DNA of 64,000 bases, taken from assembly GCA_963674965.2 (NCBI GenBank), contig CAXXFL010000001.1:1550739-1614738 (forward strand). Reading direction: 5' to 3'. Both the position numbers and the translations under genes were made by a program. This document shows positions 49,310-58,491 of the stretch, piece after piece; the stretch's first letter is position 1, and each line of letters begins with the position of its first letter. Under the pieces are notes generated by a model, which saw only the letters and a list, made by a program, of their open reading frames with translations, ran no database searches and was not told the origin of the DNA. Source of the stretch: a bacterium. Lineage in GTDB: Bacteria > RBG-13-61-14 > DATKZS01.

Positions 49310-49646
49310 TAAATAAAGGCGGGAAGGGGTCGATATTCCGACGCGAGATCATTTCCCATGCAGTACCTCTTAATCCCATTCGGGAGCAGCCTTTTCGTCC
49401 GGCCAGGAAGTATGGCCGAGGAGGTCTTGGAAGTATAGCCGCGGGTCCAGTAATAAGCAGAAAAGTACGATCGGGTGAGGGTCATTAAGTCTCTCCGACT
49501 GACCTCAGCGTAAGAATTATTTCATCAACCGGTCCCCATCGCGAAGGCGCCGCCGTCCGGCCGGCGCTGGGGCGGCAAGGAGCGGGCGCAATTAAAAGGG
49601 GCGCTCGTTTCTCGGGGCCTGAAAAGAATCAAGGAGCGAAAAGATA

Positions 49647-50270
49647 ATGACGGCGCCAGTCCTTGAATTCAAACCGGAAAGCGCCAACGCCTTCGCCAGG
49701 GAGGTGATGGAGCGGTCCGGCCAGAACGTGTTCGCCTGCTATCAGTGCAGGCGCTGCGCCGCCGGTTGTCCGGTGGCTGAAGAAACGGGCTTCATAACCC
49801 CGGACCGCCTCGTCCGCATGGTCGTGCTCGGCGACAAGGGCGCGGCGCTGGAGAACGATCTGGTCTGGCGTTGCGTTTCCTGTTACACCTGCGGGACCCG
49901 TTGTCCCAACGACATCATGACGGGCAGGATCACGGAGACGCTCAAGAAGATGGCCAAGGAGGAGCACCGGGAGATACTTCGGCCTCGGGTGGCCCATTTC
50001 CACGACTCCTTTATGGGAAGCGCCCTTCGCTGGGGCAGGGTCAACGAGCTCGAGATGATGGGCTTCTACGAGATGAAGAACTTCTTCTCCGACGTCAAGC
50101 GCGGCGCGTACAAGGCCATCGTGGACGAGCTCATTTCCCAGGCCAAGAACTTCGGTCTTCCCATGCTCAAGGCCAAGCGCATGCACGTGGGTTTCGCCAG
50201 GTCCAAGGGGACCTCGGAGATAAAGGGCCTGATGAAAAAGGCCGAGCAAAAGAAAAAAGCCCACAAGTAA
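49647..50270 (+). CDS. hdrC: Heterodisulfide reductase subunit C-like 2x[4Fe-4S] protein
   Basis: CYQCRRCAAGCP and WRCVSCYTCGTRCP, F..S....GRVNE. Confidence 0.9.
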   Translation: MTAPVLEFKPESANAFAREVMERSGQNVFACYQCRRCAAGCPVAEETGFITPDRLVRMVVLGDKGAALENDLVWRCVSCYTCGTRCPNDIMTGRITETLKKMAKEEHREILRPRVAHFHDSFMGSALRWGRVNELEMMGFYEMKNFFSDVKRGAYKAIVDELISQAKNFGLPMLKAKRMHVGFARSKGTSEIKGLMKKAEQKKKAHK

Positions 50271-50300
50271 GGGCCGAATAATCCACCTCGGGAGCGAAAC

Positions 50301-51176
50301 ATGGATATAGCGTACTATCCCGGCTGCTCGTTGCAGGCGTCCCATAAGCTCTACGACTCGCAGAGCCATAAAATACTCGGGGCGCTCGACGTGAAACTTA
50401 TCGAGCTGGACGACTGGAACTGCTGCGGGGCGACCTCCGCGGGCAAGACCGACGACTTCCTCGCCGTGGCCCTGCCCGCCAGGAACATCGGAATAGCCGA
50501 GGCCTCGGGCCTGAAGGAGTTGGTCATCCCCTGCTCGGCCTGTTATTCCCGGACCCTGGTGGCCCAGTACAAGATGGAAAAAGACCCGTCCCTCAAGGAC
50601 GAGATCAACGGCGAGCTGAAAAAGAAGGTCGCCAAGGGCATAAAGGTCTCGACCATACTCGAGGTCATCCTGCCCCGCGTCGAGGCCGGCTACATGAACG
50701 ACAAGATTCAAAAGCCCCTCGCCGGCCTGAAGCCCGCCTGCTACTACGGATGCATGCTCACCCGCTTTCCCGTGGGCGTGGCCGCCTCGGACGACGTGGA
50801 GAACCCCAGGGGCATGGAAAAGATCATGGCCAAGCTCGGGGCCGAGCCCATCGACTGGAGCTACAAGACCGACTGTTGCGGCGCCTCGGCGGCGGTTAAC
50901 GACCAGGAGGCGGCCTTCAACATGATGGGCCGGATTATGAAGGACGCCGCGGCCAGGGGCGCCAACTGCTTCGTCACCACCTGCCCCATGTGCCAGATGA
51001 ACCTGGACATTAACCAGGAGCAATACTGCGACAGGGTCGGGGTCTGCGAGAGGCTTCCGGTCTACTTCATTACCGAGATGATGGGCGTCGCCATGGGCAT
51101 GAGCCCCAGGGACCTCGAGATAGACAAACATTTCACGGAAAGCATTAACCTCTTAAAGGAGCTTAGTCTGGCATGA
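50301..51176 (+). CDS. hdrB: Heterodisulfide reductase subunit B-like (two CCG domains)
   Basis: YYPGC, DWNCCGA, PCSAC, YYGCML, TDCCGA, TCPMCQMNLD. Confidence 0.93.
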   Translation: MDIAYYPGCSLQASHKLYDSQSHKILGALDVKLIELDDWNCCGATSAGKTDDFLAVALPARNIGIAEASGLKELVIPCSACYSRTLVAQYKMEKDPSLKDEINGELKKKVAKGIKVSTILEVILPRVEAGYMNDKIQKPLAGLKPACYYGCMLTRFPVGVAASDDVENPRGMEKIMAKLGAEPIDWSYKTDCCGASAAVNDQEAAFNMMGRIMKDAAARGANCFVTTCPMCQMNLDINQEQYCDRVGVCERLPVYFITEMMGVAMGMSPRDLEIDKHFTESINLLKELSLA

Positions 51177-52057
51177 GCGACAATAACGACGGCGGCGGAA
51201 AGAAACGCGGCTCGGTCCTTATCGCGGGCGGCGGCATCGGAGGAATGCAGGCCGCGCTCGATCTGGGCGACAGCGGATTCAAGGTTCACATGGTCCAAAG
51301 AGACGCGTCGATCGGCGGGACCATGGTCAAGCTGGACAAGACCTTTCCAACCGGCGACTGCGCCATGTGCATGATCTCGCCCAAAATGGTCGAGGTGGGA
51401 AGGCATCCGAACGTCAATATCATTAGCATGGCCGAGATCATCGACGTGGGCGGCGTGCCCGGCGACTTCAAGGTCAAGATTCGGCAGAAGGCCAGGAGCG
51501 TCAACCCCGACCTTTGCACCGGATGCGGCGCCTGCACCCGGGCCTGCCCGGTGAGAAACGTCATCGACGTCCCCCGGCCCGCGGCCCCGCCCCCCCTCGA
51601 GGCGGAAATGGAGACGGCCCTGACCGAGATAGTCGAGGCCCACGACGGCGACAAGGCCGCCCTTATCACCATACTCCAGGACGTCAACGAGAAGTTCAAA
51701 TACCTGCCCCAGGAGATGCTGGCCCACCTGGCCGTGAGGCTCGGCATTCCCGAGACGCATATACTTTCGGTGGCCACCTTTTACAACGCCTTCAGCCTCA
51801 TTCCCGTGGGAAGGCACATCATCGAGCTTTGCTCGGGCACGGCCTGCCACGTCAAGGGCGCGGGCCGTCTTCTGGACCGCCTGCGGGAGCAACTGAAAGT
51901 CGAGGCGGGCCAGACCACGGCCGACCAGAGGTTCACGCTCCGCACCGTCAACTGCATAGGCTGCTGCGCCCTGGCCCCCGCCATGAGGGTGGACGGCGAG
52001 GTCTACGGATACGTTAAGGTCTCCGAGCTGCCGGCCATACTCAAAGACCATCCCTGA
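51173..52057 (+). CDS. Fusion: HdrA N-terminal FAD-binding segment + NuoE/HydC-type [2Fe-2S] domain
   Basis: Residues ~13-128: GGGIGGMQAALDL, IGGTMVKLDKTFPTGDCAMC, HPNV, CTGCGACTRACP (HdrA). Residues ~145-294: LITILQDV...YLP, VATFYNAF, CSGTACHVKG, VNCIGCCALAP (NuoE). Confidence 0.9.
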   Translation: MSDNNDGGGKKRGSVLIAGGGIGGMQAALDLGDSGFKVHMVQRDASIGGTMVKLDKTFPTGDCAMCMISPKMVEVGRHPNVNIISMAEIIDVGGVPGDFKVKIRQKARSVNPDLCTGCGACTRACPVRNVIDVPRPAAPPPLEAEMETALTEIVEAHDGDKAALITILQDVNEKFKYLPQEMLAHLAVRLGIPETHILSVATFYNAFSLIPVGRHIIELCSGTACHVKGAGRLLDRLREQLKVEAGQTTADQRFTLRTVNCIGCCALAPAMRVDGEVYGYVKVSELPAILKDHP

Positions 52058-52070
52058 GGAGGACGCCCGA

Positions 52071-53945
52071 ATGGAACCTATAAAGAACCTGGAGGAGTTA
52101 CAGTCCCTTCGCGACCGCATCGTCGCCGGCAGGGACGAGAACCAGCTTCTCATTACCGTGTGCGCCGGCACCGGCTGCCTCTCGAACGGCTCGGCCAAGG
52201 TGGCCGCGGCCCTGAAAGAGGAGCTTGACGCCGCCGGACTTAAGGGAAGGGTCGAGCTTAAGACCACCGGCTGCCACGGGTTCTGCGAGCGCGGGCCCAT
52301 AGTGGTCGTCGAGCCCGCGGGCATCCTGTACCAGGCGGTGGGCAGGAAGAAGCTGGAAAAGGACGTGAAGGAAATCGTCGAGTCGCTGGCCGAGGGGGCC
52401 GAGCCGGTCGAGAGGCTCTTCTACAAGGACCCCGAGACCAAGAAGTCCATCAGGGGATACGAGGAGATACCCTTTTACGCCAAGCAAAAACGGGTCGCCC
52501 TTCGTAACAACGGGATCATCGATCCCACCAGGATCGAGGACTTCATAGCACGGGGCGGCTACGGGGCGCTGGCCAAGGCCCTTCAGATGACGCCCGAGGA
52601 AATCATCGCCACCCTCAAGGAGTCGACCCTGCGCGGACGAGGGGGGGCCGGCTTTTTGACCGGACAGAAATGGGAGTTCTGCCGCCGGGCCGAGGGTTTC
52701 CCCAAGTACATTATCTGTAACGCCGACGAGGGAGACCCGGGCGCGTTCATGGACCGCTCGATCATGGAGGGGGACCCCCACTCGGTCATCGAGGGAATGC
52801 TCATCGGCGCCTACGCCATCGCCGGAGGGCAGGGGCCCATCCAGGGTTACGTTTACGTCCGGGCCGAGTACCCGCTGGCGGTCCAGAACCTGACCACGGC
52901 TTTGAAGCAGGCCAAGGAGTACGGGTTCCTGGGCGAGAATATTTTGGGGACCGACTTCAGCTTCGATATTAAGCTCAACAAGGGCGCCGGCGCCTTCGTG
53001 TGCGGCGAGGAAACGGCCCTTATGGCCTCGGTGGAGGGCCGGCCGGGACTTCCCCGGACCAGGCCTCCCTTCCCCGCCAACAAGGGACTCTTCGGCAAGC
53101 CCAGCAATATAAACAACGTCGAGACCTTCGCGGCCGTTCCCGTCATTGTCGACCGGGGACCGGACTGGTTCAAGAGCGTGGGCGTGGACAGGAACGGGGG
53201 CACCAAGGTTTTCAGCCTGGTGGGCAAGGTCAACAACACGGGCCTGGTCGAGGTGCCCATGGGCACGAGCATCAGGGAGGTCGTCTTCGGCATCGGGGGC
53301 GGCATCCAGGGGGGCAAGAAGTTCAAGGCCGTGCAGACCGGCGGTCCCTCCGGCGGCTGCATACCCGAGTCGCTCATCGACCTTCCCCTTACCTACGAGG
53401 GCCTGATGGAGGCCGGGTCGATCATGGGCTCGGGCGGCATGATCGTGGTGGACGAGGAAACCTGCATGGTGGACGTGGCCCGCTACTTCCTCAAGTTCGT
53501 CACCGAGGAGTCCTGCGGGAAATGCGTTCCCTGCCGGGAGGGCACCAAGCACATGCATGAAATCCTCGAGCGCATCTGCGCGGGCGAGGGAAAAGAGGGC
53601 GACATCGAGACCCTCGAGAGGCTGGGCAAGGCCATCGCGGCCACGTCGCTTTGCGGCCTGGGCCAGACGGCCCCCAACCCCACGCTCTCGACCATCAAGT
53701 ATTTCCGCGACGAGTACGAGGCCCACATCAAGGACAAGAGATGTCCGGGCGGCGTATGCAAGGCGCTCATAACCTATCGGATAGACCCGGATGCCTGCAC
53801 GGGCTGCGGAGTTTGCGCCCGTAACTGCCCGGTCGAGGCCATCTCGGGAGAGAAGAAACAGCCGCACCAGCTTGACGCCTCGAAGTGCGTCAAGTGCGGG
53901 GCTTGCCGCGAGAAGTGCAAGTTCGGCGCCGTGATCATCGACTAA
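52071..53945 (+). CDS. NuoF/HydB-type FMN- and NAD(H)-binding subunit with N-terminal [2Fe-2S] and C-terminal 2x[4Fe-4S] domains
   Basis: CAGTGC...GCHGFCERGP, LRGRGGAGF, CNADEGDPGAFMDR, GAGAFVCGEETAL, ESCGKCVPCREG, SLCGLG, CTGCGVCARNCP, CVKCGACREKC. Confidence 0.95.
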   Translation: MEPIKNLEELQSLRDRIVAGRDENQLLITVCAGTGCLSNGSAKVAAALKEELDAAGLKGRVELKTTGCHGFCERGPIVVVEPAGILYQAVGRKKLEKDVKEIVESLAEGAEPVERLFYKDPETKKSIRGYEEIPFYAKQKRVALRNNGIIDPTRIEDFIARGGYGALAKALQMTPEEIIATLKESTLRGRGGAGFLTGQKWEFCRRAEGFPKYIICNADEGDPGAFMDRSIMEGDPHSVIEGMLIGAYAIAGGQGPIQGYVYVRAEYPLAVQNLTTALKQAKEYGFLGENILGTDFSFDIKLNKGAGAFVCGEETALMASVEGRPGLPRTRPPFPANKGLFGKPSNINNVETFAAVPVIVDRGPDWFKSVGVDRNGGTKVFSLVGKVNNTGLVEVPMGTSIREVVFGIGGGIQGGKKFKAVQTGGPSGGCIPESLIDLPLTYEGLMEAGSIMGSGGMIVVDEETCMVDVARYFLKFVTEESCGKCVPCREGTKHMHEILERICAGEGKEGDIETLERLGKAIAATSLCGLGQTAPNPTLSTIKYFRDEYEAHIKDKRCPGGVCKALITYRIDPDACTGCGVCARNCPVEAISGEKKQPHQLDASKCVKCGACREKCKFGAVIID

Positions 53946-53961
53946 GATAAAGGAGCCTTCC

Positions 53962-56900
53962 ATGAGTGAAGAGACCGTTACTTTCACCATCAACGACGAG
54001 GAGGTCGTCGCCAAAAAGGGCGCCACCATCCTCGACGTGGCCCGGGAAAAGAACATCTGGATACCGACCCTTTGTTTCCACGAGTCGATGGAGCCCGAGG
54101 GTTCCTGCCGCTTGTGCCTGGTCGAGGTCGAGGCCTTCGGCCGGCGGCGCATGGTCACGAGCTGCGGCTACCCCGTCGAGGACGGGATCAAGGTCTATAC
54201 CGACACCGAGCAAGTGGTCGAGAGCCGCAAGGTGGTGGCCGAGCTGCTTTTGGCCCGGTGCAGCGAGAACGAAAAGATAATCGAAATCGCCGCCAAGCTG
54301 GGAGTCGATACCACGCCTTTCACCAAGAAAACGGAAGACTGCATGCTTTGCGGCCTTTGCGTCCAGATGTGCCATCAGAAGATGAAGATCGGGGCCATCG
54401 GGTTCGTGGGAAGGGGAAGCGAGCGCAAGGTCACGACCCCCTACGACAAGTACTCCCAGACGTGCATCAACTGCGGCGCCTGCGAGTTGATCTGCCCCAC
54501 CAACGCCATCACCGCCTTCGGCAACTCGGGCAAGAAGCCCGTTCCCCACGGCAAGGAGTTCGAGGAGAACCTGGCCACCCGCGGAAACATAGACATACCA
54601 TTCCCCTCGGCCGTGCCGCTTTTGCCCAGCATCGACCGCGAGAACTGCGTCAGGTTCCAGGTGGGTGGAGACGCCTGCGGCGTGTGTTCGGAGACCTGTC
54701 CCGCCGGGGCCATCGACTTCGCCCAGGGCGACGTCGAGAGGGAACTGGACGTGGGCGCCCTTATCCTCTGCCCGGGCCTGGACCGCTACGACGCCAGGGC
54801 AAGGGGAGAACTCGGGTTCGGACGCTGGCCCAACGTGATCAGCTCGATCCAGTTCGAGCGCATACTGTCGGCCTCGGGGCCCTACCAGGGGCACGTCACC
54901 AGGCCGGGAGACGGAAAACATCCCCGGAAAATCGCCTGGATTCAGTGCGTGGGATCGCGTGACAACCATAACGCCAACCCCTGGTGCTCCTCCGTTTGCT
55001 GCATGTACGCCACCAAGCAGACGGTCATCGCCAGGGAGCACGACTCGAACATCGAGCCCACCATCTTCTACATGGAGATGAGGGCCTTCGGAAAAGAGTT
55101 CGACCGATACGTGGACCGGGCCAAGAACGAGTACGGCGTCCGCTACCAGCGGGCCATGGTCAGCGCCATCCGCGAGGAGCCGGGAACGGGGAACCTCGTT
55201 CTTCGCTATTCCAAGGAGAACGGCGAGGTCCTGGACGAGGTGTTCGAGATGGTGGTCCTGTCCGTAGGGTTCCAGCCCCATGAGGACGCCAAGGAGTTCG
55301 CCAAGATAGCGGGGATCGAAACCAACGAATACCTATTCCCCAAGACCTCCCAGTTCAAGCCCGTCGAGTCGAGCCGTCCCGGCGTGTTCGTGACCGGCAT
55401 CTACCAGGGGCCCAAGGACATCCCCGAGACGGTGATGCAGGGAAGCGCGGTGGCGGGCGGGGCCATGGCCCTTCTCGGCGAGGCCCGGGGAACGGAGATA
55501 ATTGAAAAGGAACTTCCGCCGGAAAAGGACATCGTGGGCGAGGACCCGAGGGTCGGCGTTTTCGTGTGTCATTGCGGCATCAACATCGCCTCCACGGTGG
55601 ACGTGGCCCGGGTGGTCGAGAACGTAAAGGACGAGCCCGGCGTTTGCCACTGCGAGAACGTGCTTTACGCCTGCTCGCAGGACACGCAGGAGAAGATCAA
55701 GGCCATCATCGAGGAGAAGAAACTCAACCGGGTCCTGGTCGCCTCGTGCACGCCCCGCACGCATACTCCTCTTTTCCAGGAGACCCTGCGCGACGCCGGG
55801 CTTAACAAGTACCTTTTCGAGTTGGCCGACATCCGGGAGCAGTGCTCGTGGTGCCACATGGGCAAGAGGGAGGAGGCCACGAAAAAGGCCACCACCATCG
55901 TCAAGATGACCCTGGCCAAGGTCAATAACCTCCAGCCCGTGCGGACCGACTCGGTGCAGGTGACCCCCGCGGCCATGATCATCGGCGGCGGAATAGCGGG
56001 CATGACCACCTCCCTGGCCCTGGCCGACCAGGGCTACGACGTCCATATCGTCGAGCAGGCGGGCAAGCTGGGCGGCCTGGCGCTGGGCGTTTACCGGACC
56101 CTTGACGGAAGCGACGTGCAGGCCTTCGTTAAGTCCCGGATCGCCGAGGTCGAGGCCCATCCAAGGATCAAGGTCCACCTGGGCGTCCAGGTGAAGAACA
56201 CGGACGGGTTCGTGGGCAACTTCAAGACCACCCTGACCGACGGCTCGAGCTTCGAGCACGGAGCCATCGTCGTGGCCTCGGGCGGCGTCGAGTACGAGCC
56301 CACCGAGTATTGTTATAATGACAGCGACAAGATCATAACCCAGCGGGAGTTGGAGAAGAGGCTCGAGAGCGAGCCGGCCAAATCGGGCGAAAGCTACGTT
56401 ATGATCCAGTGCGTGGGCAGCCGCGAGGAGCCGGCCAATTACTGCTCCCGCGTGTGCTGTCAGGACGCGATCAAGAACGCCATCCGGATCAAGGAGAACG
56501 CTCCCGGCGCTCAGGTGACGATCCTCTATCGGGACATCCGGACCTACGGCCTGCGGGAGGATTATTACAAGAGGGCCAGGGACCTCGGCGTTTTCTTCAT
56601 CCGCTACGACGTGGACAAGAAGCCGGAGGTCGAGGTCTCGGGCGACAAGATCAAGATCAAGACCTTCGATTACATGCTCGACCGCGAGATATCCATGGCG
56701 GCCGACCACCTGGTGCTCTCGACCGGGCTTCGGCCTCATCCGCTAACCGACAAGATAGGCAAGCAGTACAAGCTCACGCGCAACGCCGACGTGTACTTCC
56801 TGGAGGCCCACCCCAAGCTTCGGCCGGTGGACTTCGCCTCGGAGGGTCTTTTCATGGCCGGCCTCGCCCACGCTCCCAAGAACCTGGACGAGACGGTGAG

Positions 56901-57210
56901 CCAGGCCCTGGCCGCCGCGGGCCGGGCGGGCGTGCTTTTATCGCACGTGAGCCTGGCGGTGTCGGGCGTGATCTCGAAGCACAACCGGGACATCTGCATG
57001 AGTTGCCTGTCCTGTTTCCGTATCTGTCCTTTCGACTCGCCTTATATCGACGAGGACGGCAAGGTCAGTCACAACGAGGTAAAATGCATGGGCTGCGGAC
57101 TTTGCGCGGGCATCTGCCCGGCCAAGGCCTTCCAGGTGAACTATTTCCGCGACGACCAGATACTGGCCATGGTGGACGCCTATGGAGACGAGATATGTCC
57201 GCTTCCGTGA
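53962..57210 (+). CDS. Fusion: short NuoG/HydA-N-type FeS domain + remainder of a tandem (two-FAD-module) HdrA
   Basis: IPTLC...GSCRLCLVEV...TSC, CMLCGLCVQMC, CINCGACELICP, then HdrA motifs IPFPSAVP, FERILSASGP, IQCVGSRD, CSSVCCMYATK, GPKDIPETV, VGVFVCHCGINIA, IIGGGIAGM, second IQCVGSR/CSRVCC, EAHPKLRPV and terminal ferredoxin motifs. Confidence 0.92.
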   Translation: MSEETVTFTINDEEVVAKKGATILDVAREKNIWIPTLCFHESMEPEGSCRLCLVEVEAFGRRRMVTSCGYPVEDGIKVYTDTEQVVESRKVVAELLLARCSENEKIIEIAAKLGVDTTPFTKKTEDCMLCGLCVQMCHQKMKIGAIGFVGRGSERKVTTPYDKYSQTCINCGACELICPTNAITAFGNSGKKPVPHGKEFEENLATRGNIDIPFPSAVPLLPSIDRENCVRFQVGGDACGVCSETCPAGAIDFAQGDVERELDVGALILCPGLDRYDARARGELGFGRWPNVISSIQFERILSASGPYQGHVTRPGDGKHPRKIAWIQCVGSRDNHNANPWCSSVCCMYATKQTVIAREHDSNIEPTIFYMEMRAFGKEFDRYVDRAKNEYGVRYQRAMVSAIREEPGTGNLVLRYSKENGEVLDEVFEMVVLSVGFQPHEDAKEFAKIAGIETNEYLFPKTSQFKPVESSRPGVFVTGIYQGPKDIPETVMQGSAVAGGAMALLGEARGTEIIEKELPPEKDIVGEDPRVGVFVCHCGINIASTVDVARVVENVKDEPGVCHCENVLYACSQDTQEKIKAIIEEKKLNRVLVASCTPRTHTPLFQETLRDAGLNKYLFELADIREQCSWCHMGKREEATKKATTIVKMTLAKVNNLQPVRTDSVQVTPAAMIIGGGIAGMTTSLALADQGYDVHIVEQAGKLGGLALGVYRTLDGSDVQAFVKSRIAEVEAHPRIKVHLGVQVKNTDGFVGNFKTTLTDGSSFEHGAIVVASGGVEYEPTEYCYNDSDKIITQRELEKRLESEPAKSGESYVMIQCVGSREEPANYCSRVCCQDAIKNAIRIKENAPGAQVTILYRDIRTYGLREDYYKRARDLGVFFIRYDVDKKPEVEVSGDKIKIKTFDYMLDREISMAADHLVLSTGLRPHPLTDKIGKQYKLTRNADVYFLEAHPKLRPVDFASEGLFMAGLAHAPKNLDETVSQALAAAGRAGVLLSHVSLAVSGVISKHNRDICMSCLSCFRICPFDSPYIDEDGKVSHNEVKCMGCGLCAGICPAKAFQVNYFRDDQILAMVDAYGDEICPLP

Positions 57211-57282
57211 GGAATATAACGTCGGATTTGCGATCGGACGTAAGGAACCAACTTTTCGAATACAAGGAGGGAGGATCGGGTA

Positions 57283-57786
57283 ATGGTTGAAGAAGCCCAG
57301 GCCGCGGCCGCCGAGGAGGTGTCCTCGATCGAGCCGCCGCGGGAAATCCCGCCGGATTGGGAACCCAACATTCTGGCTTTCGCTTGCCACTACTGCGCCT
57401 TTTCCGCGGCGGACCTGGCCGGAGTGATGCGGTTGTCCTACCCGACAAGCGTGAAGATCATCCGGCTGCCATGCACCGGGAAACTGGACCATATCTACGC
57501 CCTCAGGGCGCTGGAAAAGGGGGTGGACGGCGTTTTCGCCGCCGGGTGACTGCCCGGGCAATGTCATTTCCTGGAAGGAAATACGCACGCGAGAAAAAGG
57601 GTCGAGCGCCTGAAAACTCTCTTGCCCTCGGTCGGACTGGACCCGGGCAGAGTGGAAATGTACAACCTGTCGGCCGCCGAGGGTCCGAGGTGGGCCGCCA
57701 TTTGCACCGAGTTTACCCAGAGAATCAAAAAACTCGGTCCGTCCCCCGTATATCTGGCCAAATGCCGGAATGCCAAGAAGGAGTAA
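57283..57786 (+). CDS. mvhD: MvhD-like [2Fe-2S] subunit, selenoprotein (UGA at 57547-57549)
   Basis: FACHYCAFSAADLAG, IRLPCTGK, GVDGVFAAG-U-LPGQCHFLEGN..A.KRV...VGLDPGRVEMYNLSA...IKKLGPSP; the UGA occupies the conserved Cys position; real stop TAA at 57784-57786. Confidence 0.92.
57566..57582 (+). promoter_or_regulatory. Bacterial SECIS-like hairpin
   Basis: ATTTCCT-GGA-AGGAAAT perfect stem with a G-first apical loop 23 nt downstream of the UGA. Confidence 0.7.
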
Positions 57787-57792
57787 GGGAAT

Positions 57793-58491
57793 ATGATTGT
57801 CGGCAAACAAAAACCTCTTGACGAGATCTGGGAGATGATCAAGGGCTATAAAAAAGTCCTGGTCTTCGGATGCAACACCTGCGTGGCCGTCTGCCATGAG
57901 GGCGGGAACAAGGAAGCCGAAATCCTGGCGTCCCTCCTCCGGATGAAGGCCACGCAAGAGGGCGTTGAGATACAAATCAACGACAGCGGCATCGAGCGGC
58001 AATGCGAGCACGAGTACTTCGAGAAGGCCCGCGAGATCATCGGCGAACACGACGCCGTGTTAAGCATTGCCTGCGGGGCCGGGATACAGTTTTTAGGCGA
58101 GAAGTTCCCCGAGACCATTATCCTGCCCGGGCTCAACACCACCTTCATCGGGGTGGTCGACGCCCCCGGCGAGTTCACCGAGAGATGCCTCATGTGCGGC
58201 GACTGCATACTCCATCTTACCGGCGGCATCTGCCCCATCGCCCGCTGCTCGAAGTCCATCATGAACGGACCCTGCGGCGGCAGCGAGAACGGGGTGTGCG
58301 AGGTCAACCCGGAGGTCCCCTGCGGCTGGCAGCTCATTTACGACCGGCTGAAGGGGCAGGGAAGGCTCGAGCTTCTCGATCAGGTTATTCCCGCCAAGAA
58401 CTGGATCACCTCCCGCGACGGGGGACCGAGAAAGCAGGTGCGCGCGGACCTGGCGGACATCAAGGAGGCCACCGATGGCGGAGCAGACTAA
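57793..58491 (+). CDS. metV: Methylene-THF reductase small FeS/Zn subunit MetV
   Basis: GCNTCVAVC..GG, ERQC, ACGAGIQ, ERCLMCGDC.L..TGGICPIARCSKSIMNGPCGG...G.CEV....PCGWQLIYDRL. Confidence 0.92.
   Translation: MIVGKQKPLDEIWEMIKGYKKVLVFGCNTCVAVCHEGGNKEAEILASLLRMKATQEGVEIQINDSGIERQCEHEYFEKAREIIGEHDAVLSIACGAGIQFLGEKFPETIILPGLNTTFIGVVDAPGEFTERCLMCGDCILHLTGGICPIARCSKSIMNGPCGGSENGVCEVNPEVPCGWQLIYDRLKGQGRLELLDQVIPAKNWITSRDGGPRKQVRADLADIKEATDGGAD

Noticed and set aside
52071-53945. Respiratory complex I nuoF or a hydrogenase operon
   Set aside because: No membrane nuo subunits, H-cluster domain or NiFe large subunit in the cluster.
52098-54158. Long antisense ORFs over nuoF/hdrA (also 49629-51131, 53935-55281, 55333-56739, 61920-63776, 16470-17837, 14156-15460)
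   Set aside because: Typical stop-poor reverse frames of high-GC3 genes; no recognisable protein features.
51173-57210. Split hdrA as a pseudogene or frameshift artefact
   Set aside because: All three ORFs are intact, fused in frame to complete Nuo domains, with RBS or translational coupling and conserved Cys motifs.
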